Positions 20,222 through 30,484 are shown, counted from the stretch's first letter. The stretch: DNA of 64,000 nt from an uncultured Bacillota bacterium (GCA_963804645.1 CAWDRG010000015.1:128001-192000); one strand, 5' to 3'. Program-made: numbers and translations. The notes: a model not told the origin generated them from the sequence alone.

Positions 20222-21087
20222 CGGCGGCGTGGGCGTCCGCCGGCCTGAGGCGGCCGGCGGCGGCGGTCCTGGTCTGCTGTGCCGTCGCATGGGCGGCCGC
20301 CGCCCTCGCGGGCCCCGCGGCGTTTCCCCAACCCGTCGGATACGTCAATGATTTCGCGAATCTGCTCGCCCCGTCCGCGCGGGCGAGCCTCGACGCGAAG
20401 CTCGCCGCCTACAGCCGCGCGACCGGCAACGAGATCGCGATCGCGATCTTTCCCGACCTCGGCGGCGCGCCGATCGACGACTTCACCGCGCGCCTTGAGG
20501 AGGCGTGGAAGGTCGGCCGCCGAGGTCAAGACAACGGCGTGCTCCTGGTCGTCGCGGTGCGCGAGCGCGAGGTTCGGATCGAGGTGGGGTACGGGCTCGA
20601 AGGTCGGGTGACCGACGCGCAGGCGGGCGAGATTATCCGGCGGGACATCGCGCCGTCGTTTCGCGCCGGTGACTACGCCGGCGGCCTGAACGCGGCGGTC
20701 GACGCGTTGATCGCCTTGATCGGCGGCGCGCCCGGCGCCGCGCCCCCGCCCCCGACTGCCGGCTCCGGCTCCGAGTCCGGCTCGTGGTGGTGGCTGGCCC
20801 CGCTCGCCTGGTTCGGCGTGCTCGGGGTGATGGCGCGCCTGCGCGGCCGGCGCTGCCCGCGGTGCCACGCCCGTCTCGTCGCGTCGGCGGGCGGCGGCAA
20901 CACCGTCGTGTGGTCGTGCCCGCGCTGCGGCTACCAAGAGAAGACCGTGCGGTCGACGGGGCCGATGTTCGTACCGCTCGTGGGCGGGGGCGGCGGGTGG
21001 GGCAGCGGCGGCTTCAGCGGCGGCGGTGGATTCGGCGGGTTCGGGGGCGGCGGATCGGGCGGCGGCGGCGCCTCGGGAGGATGGTGA
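20218..21087 (+). CDS. TPM domain protein with TM helix, CxxC..CxxC ribbon and Gly-rich tail
   Basis: YVNDFANLL, WKVG..GQDNGVLL, RIEVGYGLEG, CPRC..CPRC, FGGGGSGGGGASGGW. Start is approximate. Confidence 0.85.
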   Translation: MTAAWASAGLRRPAAAVLVCCAVAWAAAALAGPAAFPQPVGYVNDFANLLAPSARASLDAKLAAYSRATGNEIAIAIFPDLGGAPIDDFTARLEEAWKVGRRGQDNGVLLVVAVREREVRIEVGYGLEGRVTDAQAGEIIRRDIAPSFRAGDYAGGLNAAVDALIALIGGAPGAAPPPPTAGSGSESGSWWWLAPLAWFGVLGVMARLRGRRCPRCHARLVASAGGGNTVVWSCPRCGYQEKTVRSTGPMFVPLVGGGGGWGSGGFSGGGGFGGFGGGGSGGGGASGGW

Positions 21088-21088
21088 C

Positions 21089-21493
21089 GTGACGAACCGT
21101 GCGCACCGCGCGCTGAGCGGCCCCGAGAAGGCGCGCCTGCGTCATCTCGTCGAGGGCATCGAGCGTGCGACCGGCGCCGAGATCGCGGTGCTCATCGTGC
21201 CGCACGTCCACGACGTCGAGGGCTTTGCGACGGCGCACTTCAATCAGATGGGCATCGGCAAGCGCGGCCACGACAACGGGATTCTCGTGCTCATGGTCCT
21301 CGACCGCCGGGTCGTCCGCATCGAGGTCGGCCGCGGCCTCGAGACGGCCGTGGGCCCCGAGGCCGCCCGGCGGGTGATCGCCGACGTGATGGCGCCGCAG
21401 TTGCGGGCGGGCCGGTACGGGGACGCGGTGCTGCAGGGGATCGAGGCGCTCGGACATCTGATCCGCGCGGCCGAGATCCCCGGCCGTCCGTGA
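21089..21493 (+). CDS. TPM domain protein (short, cytoplasmic)
   Basis: IERATGAEIAV, GIGKRGHDNGIL, RIEVGRGLE. Confidence 0.8.
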   Translation: MTNRAHRALSGPEKARLRHLVEGIERATGAEIAVLIVPHVHDVEGFATAHFNQMGIGKRGHDNGILVLMVLDRRVVRIEVGRGLETAVGPEAARRVIADVMAPQLRAGRYGDAVLQGIEALGHLIRAAEIPGRP

Positions 21494-21497
21494 GCGC

Positions 21498-22103
21498 GTG
21501 AACCTGCCCGGACCGTCGCATCCCCCGCGCGGCGCCGCGACCTACGTGCTCGGCGCCGTCGTGGTGTGCGCGGCGGCGGTCGGCATCTGGGCGTCGGGGA
21601 CGTACAACGCGCTCGTGCAGGCGCGCGTCGCGGTCGACACGCAGTGGTCGCAGGTGGAGGTGCAGTATCAGCGGCGGGTCGATCTGGTGCCGTCCCTCGT
21701 CGCGGCGCTGCGCGGGTATCTCATCCAGGAGCGGACCGTCCTGGAGGCGGTGGCGCGGGCGCGCGAGGCGTATCTCGCGGCACCGGCCGGGTCCACGGCC
21801 CGGGTGCACGCCGCCGGCGCGCTGGAGCAGGGGCTCGGGCGGCTCGTCGGCGTCGTCGAGGCGTCGCCCGCGCTGCGCAGCAACGAGACGGTGGCCGAGC
21901 TGATGGACGAACTGGCCGGGACCGAGAACCGCATCGCGGTGGAGCGTCGCCGCTACAACGACCGCGTGCTCGCCTACAATACGCGGGTGCTCACGCTGCC
22001 GTCGTCGCTCATCGCCCGCGCCGGCGGATTTCAGCCGCGCGAGTACTTCGAGGCGGCGCCGGGCGCCTCGACCGCGCCGTCCGTCACCCTCCCGCCGCGG
22101 TAG
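21498..22103 (+). CDS. lemA: LemA family protein (second paralog)
   Basis: YNALV, WSQVEVQYQRRVDLVP, LAGTENRIAVERRRYN. Confidence 0.9.
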   Translation: MNLPGPSHPPRGAATYVLGAVVVCAAAVGIWASGTYNALVQARVAVDTQWSQVEVQYQRRVDLVPSLVAALRGYLIQERTVLEAVARAREAYLAAPAGSTARVHAAGALEQGLGRLVGVVEASPALRSNETVAELMDELAGTENRIAVERRRYNDRVLAYNTRVLTLPSSLIARAGGFQPREYFEAAPGASTAPSVTLPPR

Positions 22104-22767
22104 TGGGCAGCACCCAGATGAGCTCGGCCGCCTCCCGGGCGACGGTGTGGCGGATGCCGTTCGTGCGGACGATCAGCGGGCCCCGCGGCGTGGCCGCGGC
22201 CTCCACGTGGAGCTCGGCGTCGAGGTGCAGCCCCATCGCCAGCGACGTCCTGAGGACGTCCGTGCGCTCCTCGGGGAGCGCCGTGACCCGCGCGACCGTG
22301 CGGGGTCGCAGCGCGGCCAGGGTCTGATCCGGACGCACGCCGAGCGCGGCGTCCGACCGGGGAATCGGGTGGCCGTGTGGGCACGTCTCGGGATGCCCGA
22401 GCACCGCGTCAAGCCGGGACTCGACGGCAGGGCTGATGACGTGCTCCATCTTGCAGGCCTCGTCGTACACGGCGGGCAGATCCATCTTGAGGACATCGGT
22501 CAGCAGCCGCTCGGCCAGCCGCAGGCGGCGCACCACCTGCGTGGCGATGCCGAGCCCCGCGACCGACAGCCGGGCGCCGTCCTGCGACGGTTCCACGTAC
22601 CCGAGGTGCTCGAGCCGCTTCAGCATTTCGGACGCCGACGGCGCGGACACCCCCATCGCGTCGGCCACGCGGGACGTCGTCACGCGGTGGCCGGCCTGCG
22701 CGATCGTCAGCACGGCCTTCAGGTACATCTCCGTGCGCTCGACCTTGGCGATGTCGTGGGTCGTCAT
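22084..22767 (-). CDS. DtxR/MntR family metal-dependent regulator with FeoA-like C-domain
   Basis: EMYLK.V, VSAPSASEMLKRL, RLAERLL, EACKMEH, P.TCPHGHPIP. Confidence 0.9.
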   Translation of the reverse strand: MTTHDIAKVERTEMYLKAVLTIAQAGHRVTTSRVADAMGVSAPSASEMLKRLEHLGYVEPSQDGARLSVAGLGIATQVVRRLRLAERLLTDVLKMDLPAVYDEACKMEHVISPAVESRLDAVLGHPETCPHGHPIPRSDAALGVRPDQTLAALRPRTVARVTALPEERTDVLRTSLAMGLHLDAELHVEAAATPRGPLIVRTNGIRHTVAREAAELIWVLPTTAAGG

Positions 22768-23021
22768 CGGGCTCACGATCGAGAAGGTTACTTGTGCCGT
22801 TCGAAAGTCCCTGCTGCGCTCGTTGGGCGCGTCGACCGCTGCGCGTCGGGGCGGGCTTCACGGACGGCAGATGCCGGCCAGGAGCCGGCACGCCGACGGA
22901 ACGACCGACCGGGTCCACCGCGGTCCGGAATGCAGGCGCCCTTGGGTGTGGAGGGAAGACAGATGATGAGGCCCGGGCGAGATGGCCGACTCCGAACGTC
23001 GCCCCCCCTTGGAGACACCTC

Positions 23022-26000
23022 ATGATGATCGAAGGGTTCAATCCCGGTGGGCTCAAGACGCAGTCCAACATCTTCGTCGCGCCCGACGGCTACATGTACT
23101 TTCAGGGCACTGATCACGCGGTCTGGCGTGTGAACATCGCCGATGCGAGTGACCGGACCAACTTCGGCGGTCCCAACACCATCAAGACGCAGTCCAACAT
23201 TTGCGTCGGGCCGGACGGCTATATGTACTTTCAGGGAACCGATCAGGCAGTCTGGCGCATGAGTCCAACGAATCCCAGCGATCGGACCAACTTCGGCGGG
23301 CCCAACACGATCAAGACGCAGTCCGACATCTTCGTTGCGCACGACGGCTACATGTACTTTCAGGGGACCGATCACGCGGTCTGGCGCATGAGTCCGACGA
23401 ATCCCAGCGACCGGACGAACTTCGGCGGCCCCAATGTCATCAAAACGCAGTCCGATATCTTCGTCGCGCACGACGGCTATATGTACTTTCAGGGGACCGA
23501 TCACGCGGTCTGGCGCATGAGTCCGACGAATCCCAGCGACCGGACGAACTTCGGCGGCCCCAATATCATCAAGACGCAGTCCAACATTTGCGTGGGGCCG
23601 GACGGCTACATGTACTTTCAGGGAACCGACCAGGCGGTCTGGCGCATGAGCCCGACGAATCCGAGCGACCGGACGAATTTTGGCGGTCCGAACGTGATCA
23701 AAACGCAGTCCGACGTATTGGTCGCGACCGACGGCTATATGTACTTTCGAGGCACCGACGATAAGGTCTGGCGCGTCAACGTCGCCAACGCAAGCGACCG
23801 GACGAATCCGGGCGGGTTCACGACGACGTCCAACGTGCTCTGCGCCGGCGGGTGCATGTACTTCCAGGGGACCGATCAGAAGGTGTGGCAGTTCTACTTT
23901 GTCGATGGGCCGCTGCAGGCCTATGCCCACGCCGCGGCCGAGACGCTGCAGGGCTGGTACAACTGGAACGAGGACCTCTTGGGGAAAAACGCGGGGTTGT
24001 GGCAGGGGACCGGGTGGTGGAATTCGGCCAACGCGCTGAATGCGTTGATTGACTACATGACCATCACGAAAACCCGCAGCTACGTGGACGTGGTCGTCAA
24101 CACCTTCAACAACTGCAAGAGCAACAACTTTCTCAACGGGTATTACGACGACGAGGGATGGTGGGCGCTCACGTGGATCAACGCCTACGATCTGACGCAG
24201 GACACGCGCTACTTGGACATGGCCAAGACCATCTTCCAGGACATCACCGGCGGGTGGGGCGAGCCCTGCGGCGGCGGCGTGTGGTGGGACAAGAGCCACA
24301 CGTACAAGAATGCGATTGCCAACGAGCTGTTCTTGACCATCGCCGTGCGTCTCTACCTGCGCACCACGACGCAGGCGTACTTGGATTGGGCGACGCGCGA
24401 ATGGGCATGGTTCCAGCAGAGCAAGATGATCAATCCGCAGCACCTGGTCAACGACGGGCTGACCGTGCTTGCCGCGAGCAACACCTGCACCAATAACGGG
24501 AAACAAGGCTGGACCTACAACCAGGGTGTCATCCTCGGCGGTCTTGTCGACCTGTCCTTAGCCATGCACGACGGCGCCTATCTCGCGGTCGCCCGGGAGA
24601 TTGCGAACGCCGCCATCGCCGCGCTGGGAAACGCGCAGGGCATTCTGACCGAGCCGGGATCGGGCGGCCCGGATCTTCCCCAGTTCAAGGGCATTTTCAT
24701 GCGCAATCTGGCCTACCTCTACAGTTTCGACGGCCAACCCAACCATTTGACGTTCATACAGAAGAACGCGCAATCGCTCTTGCAGTATGATCGCACCCTC
24801 TCCAACCAGTTCGGCTATGCCTGGGCGGGGCCGTTCGATACGGCGGATGCCGCTCGGCAAACGTCGGCCCTCGACGCGCTGAATGCGGCGATGCGAGTGT
24901 CGTCGCCCGAGGAGGACGGATCGATGGTGGTCGCGCGCACCCCACAGCACATGGACGTGTTCTGGGTGCACCCGGACGGCTCGATCAATTCGACGTGGTG
25001 GGACGCGAACGCGGCGGGCGGCGCGTGGGACCCCGCCCGCGTCTTCGCCGCGACGGCGCCGGGCAAGGCGGCCGGCGGCTGGGTGAGCGTGGTCGCCCGC
25101 ACGCCCGATCACATGGATCTATTCTGGGTGCACCCGGACGGCTCGATCAATTCGACGTGGTGGGACGCGAACGTGGCGGGCGGCGCGTGGGACCCTACGC
25201 GCGTCTTCGCCGCGACGGCGCCGGGCCAGGCGGCCGGCGGCTGGGTGAGCGTGGTGGCCCGTACGCCCGATCACATGGATCTATTCTGGGTGCACCCGGA
25301 CGGCTCGATCAACTCGACGTGGTGGGACGCGAACGTGGCGGGCGGCGCGTGGGACCCCGCCCGCGTGTTCGCCGCGACGGCGCCGGGCGCAGGCGGCCGG
25401 CGGGGGAGTGAGCGTGGTCGCCCGCACGCCCGATCACATGGATGTGTTCTGGGTGCACCCGGACGGCTCGATCAATTCGACGTGGTGGGACGCGAACGTG
25501 GCGGGCGGCGCGTGGGACCCGGCCCGCGTCTTCGCCGCGACGGCGCCGGGCCAGGCGCTCGCGGGGCCGCTTGGGCTGGTCGCGCGCGCGTCGACGCACA
25601 TGGACGTGTTCTGGGTGCACCCGGACGGCTCGATCAACTCGACGTGGTGGGACGCGAACGTGGCGGGCGGCGCATGGGACCCCGCCCGCGTCTTCGCCGC
25701 GACCGCGCCGGGCGCAGCGGCCGGCGGGGGAGTGAGCGTGGTCGCCCGCACGCCCGATCACATGGACGTGTTCTGGGTGCACCCGGACGGTTCGATCAAT
25801 TCGACGTGGTGGGACGCGAACGTGGCGGGCGGCGCGTGGGACCCCGCCCGCGTCTTCGCCGCGACGGCGCCGGGCCAGGCGCTCGTGGGGCCGCTTGGGC
25901 TGGTCGCGCGCGCGTCGACGCACATGGACGTGTTCTGGGTGCACCCGGACGGCTCGATCAACTCGACGTGGTGGGACGCGAACGTGGCGGGCGGCGCGTG

Positions 26001-26052
26001 GGATCCTACCCGCGTCTTCGCCGCCACGAATCCGGGCGCGGCAGTTCCGTGA
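23022..26052 (+). CDS. Modular GH76 glycoside hydrolase flanked by N- and C-terminal repeat arrays; 1-bp frameshift near 25392
   Basis: GH76 motifs WWNSANA, YYDDEGWW, GGGVWW, YKNAIANELF, VNDG, WTYNQGVILGGL, FKGIFMRNL. RBS GGAG before ATG 23022. Confidence 0.8.
23045..23900 (+). repeat. Seven in-frame repeats of 129 bp (43 aa)
   Basis: Unit GGPNxIKTQSxIxVxxDGYMYFQGTDxAVWRMSPTNPSDRTNF; AACTTCGGCGG recurs at 23160 and 23289. Confidence 0.95.
24922..26049 (+). repeat. Seven repeats of 162 bp (54 aa)
   Basis: Unit VVARTPDHMDVFWVHPDGSINSTWWDANVAGGAWDPARVFAATAPG; GTGAGCGTGGT at 25083, 25245 and 25408. Confidence 0.95.
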
Positions 26053-26153
26053 GCTGGTGTGGTCGGCGCGACTTCTCCATCACTCGTTCGACATGCAATA
26101 CGCACGCCCGTGCGAGTCACGGACACGCGCGCGCCGCCCTGAAGAGCGCTTTC

Positions 26154-26182
26154 TTGACAGCCCAGGGGCCGTGGACTACCCT
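26154..26182 (+). promoter_or_regulatory. Putative sigma-70 promoter
   Basis: TTGACA-N17-TACCCT upstream of the DUF4149-lipB-deacylase operon. Confidence 0.5.
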
Positions 26183-26343
26183 AACCCTCGCACGCGCCGT
26201 GTGCATCGACGGAGCGACAGGGCGTGCCGCGACGTTCTCTCCGAGGATGCCGCATCCCGCGCAGGAGTGAACCTGATGCCGGTTGCCGACTCACCCGCAC
26301 GTGCCCGAACGTCCGACCCGCAGGGTGACCGCCGGAGCTTCCG

Positions 26344-26796
26344 ATGATCGCGTTCGCGACGATCGTCCGCACGCTCGCGGTGGCGCTCTGGATCGGCGGC
26401 ATGGCGGCGCTCGACTTCCTGGATGCCCCCGCGCGGTTTGCGCTGCTCAACCGGAACGATGCGGTCCGGGTCGGTCAAGCGCTGTTCGAACGCTTCAATC
26501 GCGTGGAGGTGGCGCTGGCGGTGATCGCGCTCGCCGCCGCGTGGGTCGCGCGCAGCGCCCGCTGGACGATCTGGCTCACGGTCCTCATGCTCGTCCTGAT
26601 CGTGGTGCAGGCCACGTATCTGACGCCCGGGATCTCGCACCTCGCGCAGGGACTCGACTTCGTCCACCGCGTGCCGGGCGACCCGCGCTACGCCGCGATC
26701 CAGCCGCTCCATACCGCCTACGCCGTGCTCGAGGTCGTGATCTTTGTGGCCGGCGTCGTCGTGCTGGCCGCGTGGGCGCGCGGCGCGCGGGACTGA
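26344..26796 (+). CDS. DUF4149/TMEM205-like membrane protein
   Basis: LWIGG....F..AP..F..L.R..A..VG..LF pattern; four hydrophobic helices; late H. Confidence 0.7.
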   Translation: MIAFATIVRTLAVALWIGGMAALDFLDAPARFALLNRNDAVRVGQALFERFNRVEVALAVIALAAAWVARSARWTIWLTVLMLVLIVVQATYLTPGISHLAQGLDFVHRVPGDPRYAAIQPLHTAYAVLEVVIFVAGVVVLAAWARGARD

Positions 26797-26797
26797 G

Positions 26798-27493
26798 ATG
26801 CGCGCGATGTGGCTCGTGGACTGCGGCCGGCTGCCGTACGGGGATGCGTGGACGCTGCAGCGCGCCCTGCTCGCGGCGCGACAGGACGACGCGGTGCCCG
26901 ACGTGATGCTGCTGGTGGAACACCCGCCGGTGGTGACCATGGGCCGCGCCGGCCGCACGTCGAACATCCTGGTGCCGCGCGGCCTGCTGGACGCGCGCGG
27001 CATCGATGTCCACCACGTCGAGCGCGGCGGAGACGTCACCTACCACGGTCCGGGGCAACTCGTCGGGTATCCGATCGTGAATCTGCGCGTCCTCAACGAG
27101 GACGTCGTCCGCTACGTGCGCCTGCTGGAGGCGATGCTGATCCGGGCCGTCGCGGCCTGGGGCGTCGAGGGCGAACGACGGCGCGGGTTCCCCGGCGTCT
27201 GGGTCGGTGGCGCGAAGATCGCCGCGATCGGCGTCGCGGTGAAGCGCAAGGTGACGATGCACGGATTCGCGCTCAATGTCGAGCCCGATCTGTCGCATTT
27301 CGAGTTGATCAATCCGTGCGGCCTCGGCATGCCGGTGACGTCGCTCGCGCGGCTGCTCGGCCGATCGGTGTCCATCGGCGAGGTCCGGCCCGTCGTGGCG
27401 CGGACCTTCGCCGAGACGTTCGAGGTGACGTTCGAGCCGGTCGCGCTCGATGACCTCCGCGCCCGGCTGGGCGCGGCGGCTCCGCGCGCCTGA
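26798..27493 (+). CDS. lipB: Lipoyl(octanoyl) transferase
   Basis: EHPPVVTMGR, RGGDVTYHGPGQLVGYPI, KIAAIG, HGFALNV, INPCG. Confidence 0.95.
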   Translation: MRAMWLVDCGRLPYGDAWTLQRALLAARQDDAVPDVMLLVEHPPVVTMGRAGRTSNILVPRGLLDARGIDVHHVERGGDVTYHGPGQLVGYPIVNLRVLNEDVVRYVRLLEAMLIRAVAAWGVEGERRRGFPGVWVGGAKIAAIGVAVKRKVTMHGFALNVEPDLSHFELINPCGLGMPVTSLARLLGRSVSIGEVRPVVARTFAETFEVTFEPVALDDLRARLGAAAPRA

Positions 27494-27512
27494 GACGCAA
27501 GGGGGGATCGTG

Positions 27513-28469
27513 ATGGCCAGCGAGACGTTGACCGTAGGCTCCGCCGCCGCCGCACCCGGCCGCAAGGCGACGGGGCATCTCGAGGTGCCCGGGACATCGA
27601 TCCGGATGCCGGTGACGGTCGTGAACGGGGCGGCGGCGGGTCCGCGCGTCTGCATCACCGCGGGCGTGCACGGCGGCGAGTACCCGGGCATCGAGGCGGC
27701 GATCCGCACCGCCGCGTCGCTCGATCCGGCGCACGTGCGCGGGCAAGTGGTCGTCGTGCACATCGTGGACGTGCCGTCCTTCCAGGCGCGCTCGATCTAC
27801 ATCTGTCCGCTCGACGGCAAGAATCCAAACCGAGTGTTTCCCGGCAACCCGGCGGGCACGGCGAGCGAGCGCCTCGCGCACACGCTGTTCAGCGAGGTGA
27901 TCGCCCGAGCGGATTACTACGTCGACCTGCACGGCGGCGACATCAACGAGGCGCTCGTGCCGTTCACGATCTTACTCGACTCGGGGACGCCAGAGGTCGA
28001 CGCGGCGGCGATGGACCTCGCGCGGGTGTACGGGATCAAGTATGTCGTGCGCGGGCGCGTGTCGGGCGGCACGTATTCTGCGGCGGCGCAGCGGAAGATC
28101 CCGGCGATTCTCGCGGAAGCCGGCGGGCAAGGCCTCCTCGAGCCCGCGGCGCTGGCGCTGCACCTGCGCGGCCTGCAGAACGTCCTCAAGCATCTCAAGG
28201 TCGTCTCCGGCGCGCCCGAGCCGGTGGAGCCGATCGTGCTGCTCGGACCGCTCCACTGGGTGAGTTCTGAACACACGGGATTGTTTTATCCGAATGTGGC
28301 CCCGGGCGACCGGGTCACGCAGGGGCAGCGTGTCGGGGAGATCCGCGACTATTTCGGCGCATCACTTGCGGAGATTGTGTCCCCGGGGACCGGGATCGTG
28401 CTCTTCACCGTCACGACCCCGGCCACCAATCCCTCGGACCCGCTGTTCGCCGTGGGGGCGCCCGCGTAG
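27513..28469 (+). CDS. Succinylglutamate desuccinylase / aspartoacylase (M14-like) family protein
   Basis: AGVHGGEYPG, DGKNPNRVFPG, DLHGGD, EAGG; C-terminal biotinyl-like fold. Confidence 0.85.
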   Translation: MASETLTVGSAAAAPGRKATGHLEVPGTSIRMPVTVVNGAAAGPRVCITAGVHGGEYPGIEAAIRTAASLDPAHVRGQVVVVHIVDVPSFQARSIYICPLDGKNPNRVFPGNPAGTASERLAHTLFSEVIARADYYVDLHGGDINEALVPFTILLDSGTPEVDAAAMDLARVYGIKYVVRGRVSGGTYSAAAQRKIPAILAEAGGQGLLEPAALALHLRGLQNVLKHLKVVSGAPEPVEPIVLLGPLHWVSSEHTGLFYPNVAPGDRVTQGQRVGEIRDYFGASLAEIVSPGTGIVLFTVTTPATNPSDPLFAVGAPA

Positions 28470-28503
28470 AGGGGATCCCCGGCCGTCCCGTCCCTCCGAC
28501 AAA

Positions 28504-28541
28504 TGCGCGGGCCGGCGCCGCCTAGGGCCCCGGCCCGCGCA
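28504..28541. terminator. GC-rich hairpin between convergent genes
   Basis: TGCGCGGGCCGG...CCGGCCCGCGCA 12-bp stem; no U-tract. Confidence 0.45.
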
Positions 28542-28568
28542 CCGTTCGCGGTTCCGCGTCGTGCGGCG

Positions 28569-29051
28569 CTAGATCGGTTCCTCGTCGTCCTCGTCTTCGA
28601 GTTCAAACTCCTCCTCGTCGTCGTCGACGGCGGGAAGGCTCCACAGCGGCTCCTGCTGCGCCTCCTGCGGTGGAACCGCGGCGCCAAACAGGTCCACCTG
28701 CTCGCGGGTGGACGGTTCCGCCGGCGCGGGCCGGGGCGCGGGTTTTCGCGGCGCAGCGGCAGCCGTCGTGCGGCTGCTCGTCTTCTTCCGCTGCGCGGCC
28801 AGCGCGATCGTCGCCAGTGCCATGGTTTTCTTCTTCGCGGCGGTGCCTTTCTTGGCTGTGGTCCGCGCCGGGGCGCGACCCTTCGCGTTCGACCGCGTCG
28901 CCGCGCGGCTCGAGGCCTTCACGCGGCGCTTCGGGGGTTTGGCCGCGGCCCGACGCGGAGCCGCTTTCTTGACTGCCTTTCGCGGTGCCGTGCGCCGCTT
29001 GGCGGAGCTGGATTTCGCCCGCGAGTTTCGCTGCACCGCTCGTCTTGCCAT
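28569..29051 (-). CDS. Histone H1-like K/R/A-rich protein with acidic C-terminal tail
   Basis: MARRAVQRNSRAKSSSAKRR...KKAAPRRAAAKPPKRR...DDDEEEFELEDEDDEEPI. RBS AAAGGGG before ATG 29051. Confidence 0.6.
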   Translation of the reverse strand: MARRAVQRNSRAKSSSAKRRTAPRKAVKKAAPRRAAAKPPKRRVKASSRAATRSNAKGRAPARTTAKKGTAAKKKTMALATIALAAQRKKTSSRTTAAAAPRKPAPRPAPAEPSTREQVDLFGAAVPPQEAQQEPLWSLPAVDDDEEEFELEDEDDEEPI

Positions 29052-29296
29052 TCTGGGCGCCCCTTTCCCGGTTGGGAACCTGTCCCCACCGGCTGGAATC
29101 GGGCCCCCCTTCGACGGCCGCCGCATCCTTCTCCTCTCTGTCTCGGCGCCGCCCCCGGGGCCTGCCCGGCGGGCCGCCGGCACCGCCGCGCGGCCGACCG
29201 AGGCAGGAGTTCGGCGCCGTTCGACGAAGGGGGGCTGGGTGTTCGGCGGGACCGCATACATCGCACATTTACGTCGAAGTAGCTGTTGAGGCACGG

Positions 29297-30484
29297 ATGC
29301 GAGAGACATCCCGGACACTGGTGTGCGCATGGCTGGCGGCCGCGTTATTCGTGGCCGGCCCGGCGAGTGGCGCATCTCCCCAACATGCGGCGCCTCCCAA
29401 GCCGCATTCCCCGACCGCGCACCCCTCGTTGGTGGCATCGGAGCAGTCGAAGCTCGCCGCGGTGCAGCAGCAGCTCGCCGAGCGGGAGCGGGAGCTCGCG
29501 AAGACGCGCGTCGTGGAACGCCAGGCGCTCACCCAGCTTTCGTGGGCCCAGGACCGGCTCGACCGCGCAAAGGTGAACCTCAAGCAGACGACGGGCGCGC
29601 TTGTCGGTACGCGGCAGGCGGTGGTCGGGGCCACCCGCGCGCTCCGGGCCGTGTCGGCGCGCCTCGAGACGCACGAAGCGATGATGGACGCCCGCCTCCG
29701 CGCCTCGTACGAGCGCGGCTCCCTCGGCTACCTGGACGTGGTGCTCGGCGCCACTAACTTCCGAGATTTTGTCACGCGCTCGTACCTCCTCGGCGTCATC
29801 ATCACCAGCGACCTGCGCCTGTACGAGCAGGTAGGGGCTGAGCGGCAGCAGCAGAGCGTCGTGCGCGAGACCCTCGCCGAGCGCGAACAGCGCCTCGCCG
29901 CGCAGCAGGAGCGCTGGCGCGTCAGCCGCGACCAGATCGCGCAGCTGGCGGAGGCCCGGGCCGATGTCGTCGCACGCGTGCGCGCGCAGCGGCTGGCGGA
30001 GGAAGAAGCGGTCCGCGAACTCGAGACCGAGTCCGTCCAGATCGCCAGAATCATCCAGCAGGCCACGCACGGCGGTCACGTCGGCCCGGTGCCGACGCTC
30101 GCCGGCGGCGCGCTGCTGTGGCCGGTGGAAGGGCGGATCAGTTCGCCGTACGGCTGGCGCGTGCATCCGATCTTCCGCACGCGCGAGTTCCATACCGGCA
30201 TCGACATCGCCGTCCCGTGGGGGACTCCGATTCATGCCGCGGCGGCGGGGACGGTGATCTTTACGGGGTGGATGCGCGGGTACGGGATGCTGGTGATTCT
30301 CGATCACGGCAACGGGCTCTCAACGACCTACTCCCACCTGTCGTCGTATCTCGTCCACGTCGGCGAACACGTTGACCGCGGCCAGGAGATCGCGAAGATC
30401 GGCAGCACCGGCTGGAGCACCGGTCCGCACCTGTTCTTCGAGGTGCGCGAGAATGGGCAGCCCGTCAATCCGCTCGGCAACTAA
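29297..30484 (+). CDS. Coiled-coil M23 peptidase (EnvC/CwlO-like murein hydrolase or activator)
   Basis: Signal peptide and coiled coil; SSPYGWRVHP, FHTGIDI, YSHL, GSTGWSTGPHL.FEVR. Confidence 0.9.
   Translation: MRETSRTLVCAWLAAALFVAGPASGASPQHAAPPKPHSPTAHPSLVASEQSKLAAVQQQLAERERELAKTRVVERQALTQLSWAQDRLDRAKVNLKQTTGALVGTRQAVVGATRALRAVSARLETHEAMMDARLRASYERGSLGYLDVVLGATNFRDFVTRSYLLGVIITSDLRLYEQVGAERQQQSVVRETLAEREQRLAAQQERWRVSRDQIAQLAEARADVVARVRAQRLAEEEAVRELETESVQIARIIQQATHGGHVGPVPTLAGGALLWPVEGRISSPYGWRVHPIFRTREFHTGIDIAVPWGTPIHAAAAGTVIFTGWMRGYGMLVILDHGNGLSTTYSHLSSYLVHVGEHVDRGQEIAKIGSTGWSTGPHLFFEVRENGQPVNPLGN

Noticed and set aside
22780..23020. Riboswitch or DtxR box between the regulator and the GH76 gene
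   Set aside because: I found no recognisable aptamer core or convincing palindrome by eye; an Rfam scan would be needed.
23045..26049. Long regular repeats as a possible CRISPR array or DGR template/variable pair
   Set aside because: Units are 129 and 162 bp, in frame and coding, with no unique spacers and no adenine-specific variation. No cas genes are present.
26276..26347. 23-codon ORF with an RBS overlapping the DUF4149 start, as a leader peptide
   Set aside because: It has no regulatory codon pattern and could be the true N-terminus separated by another indel error.
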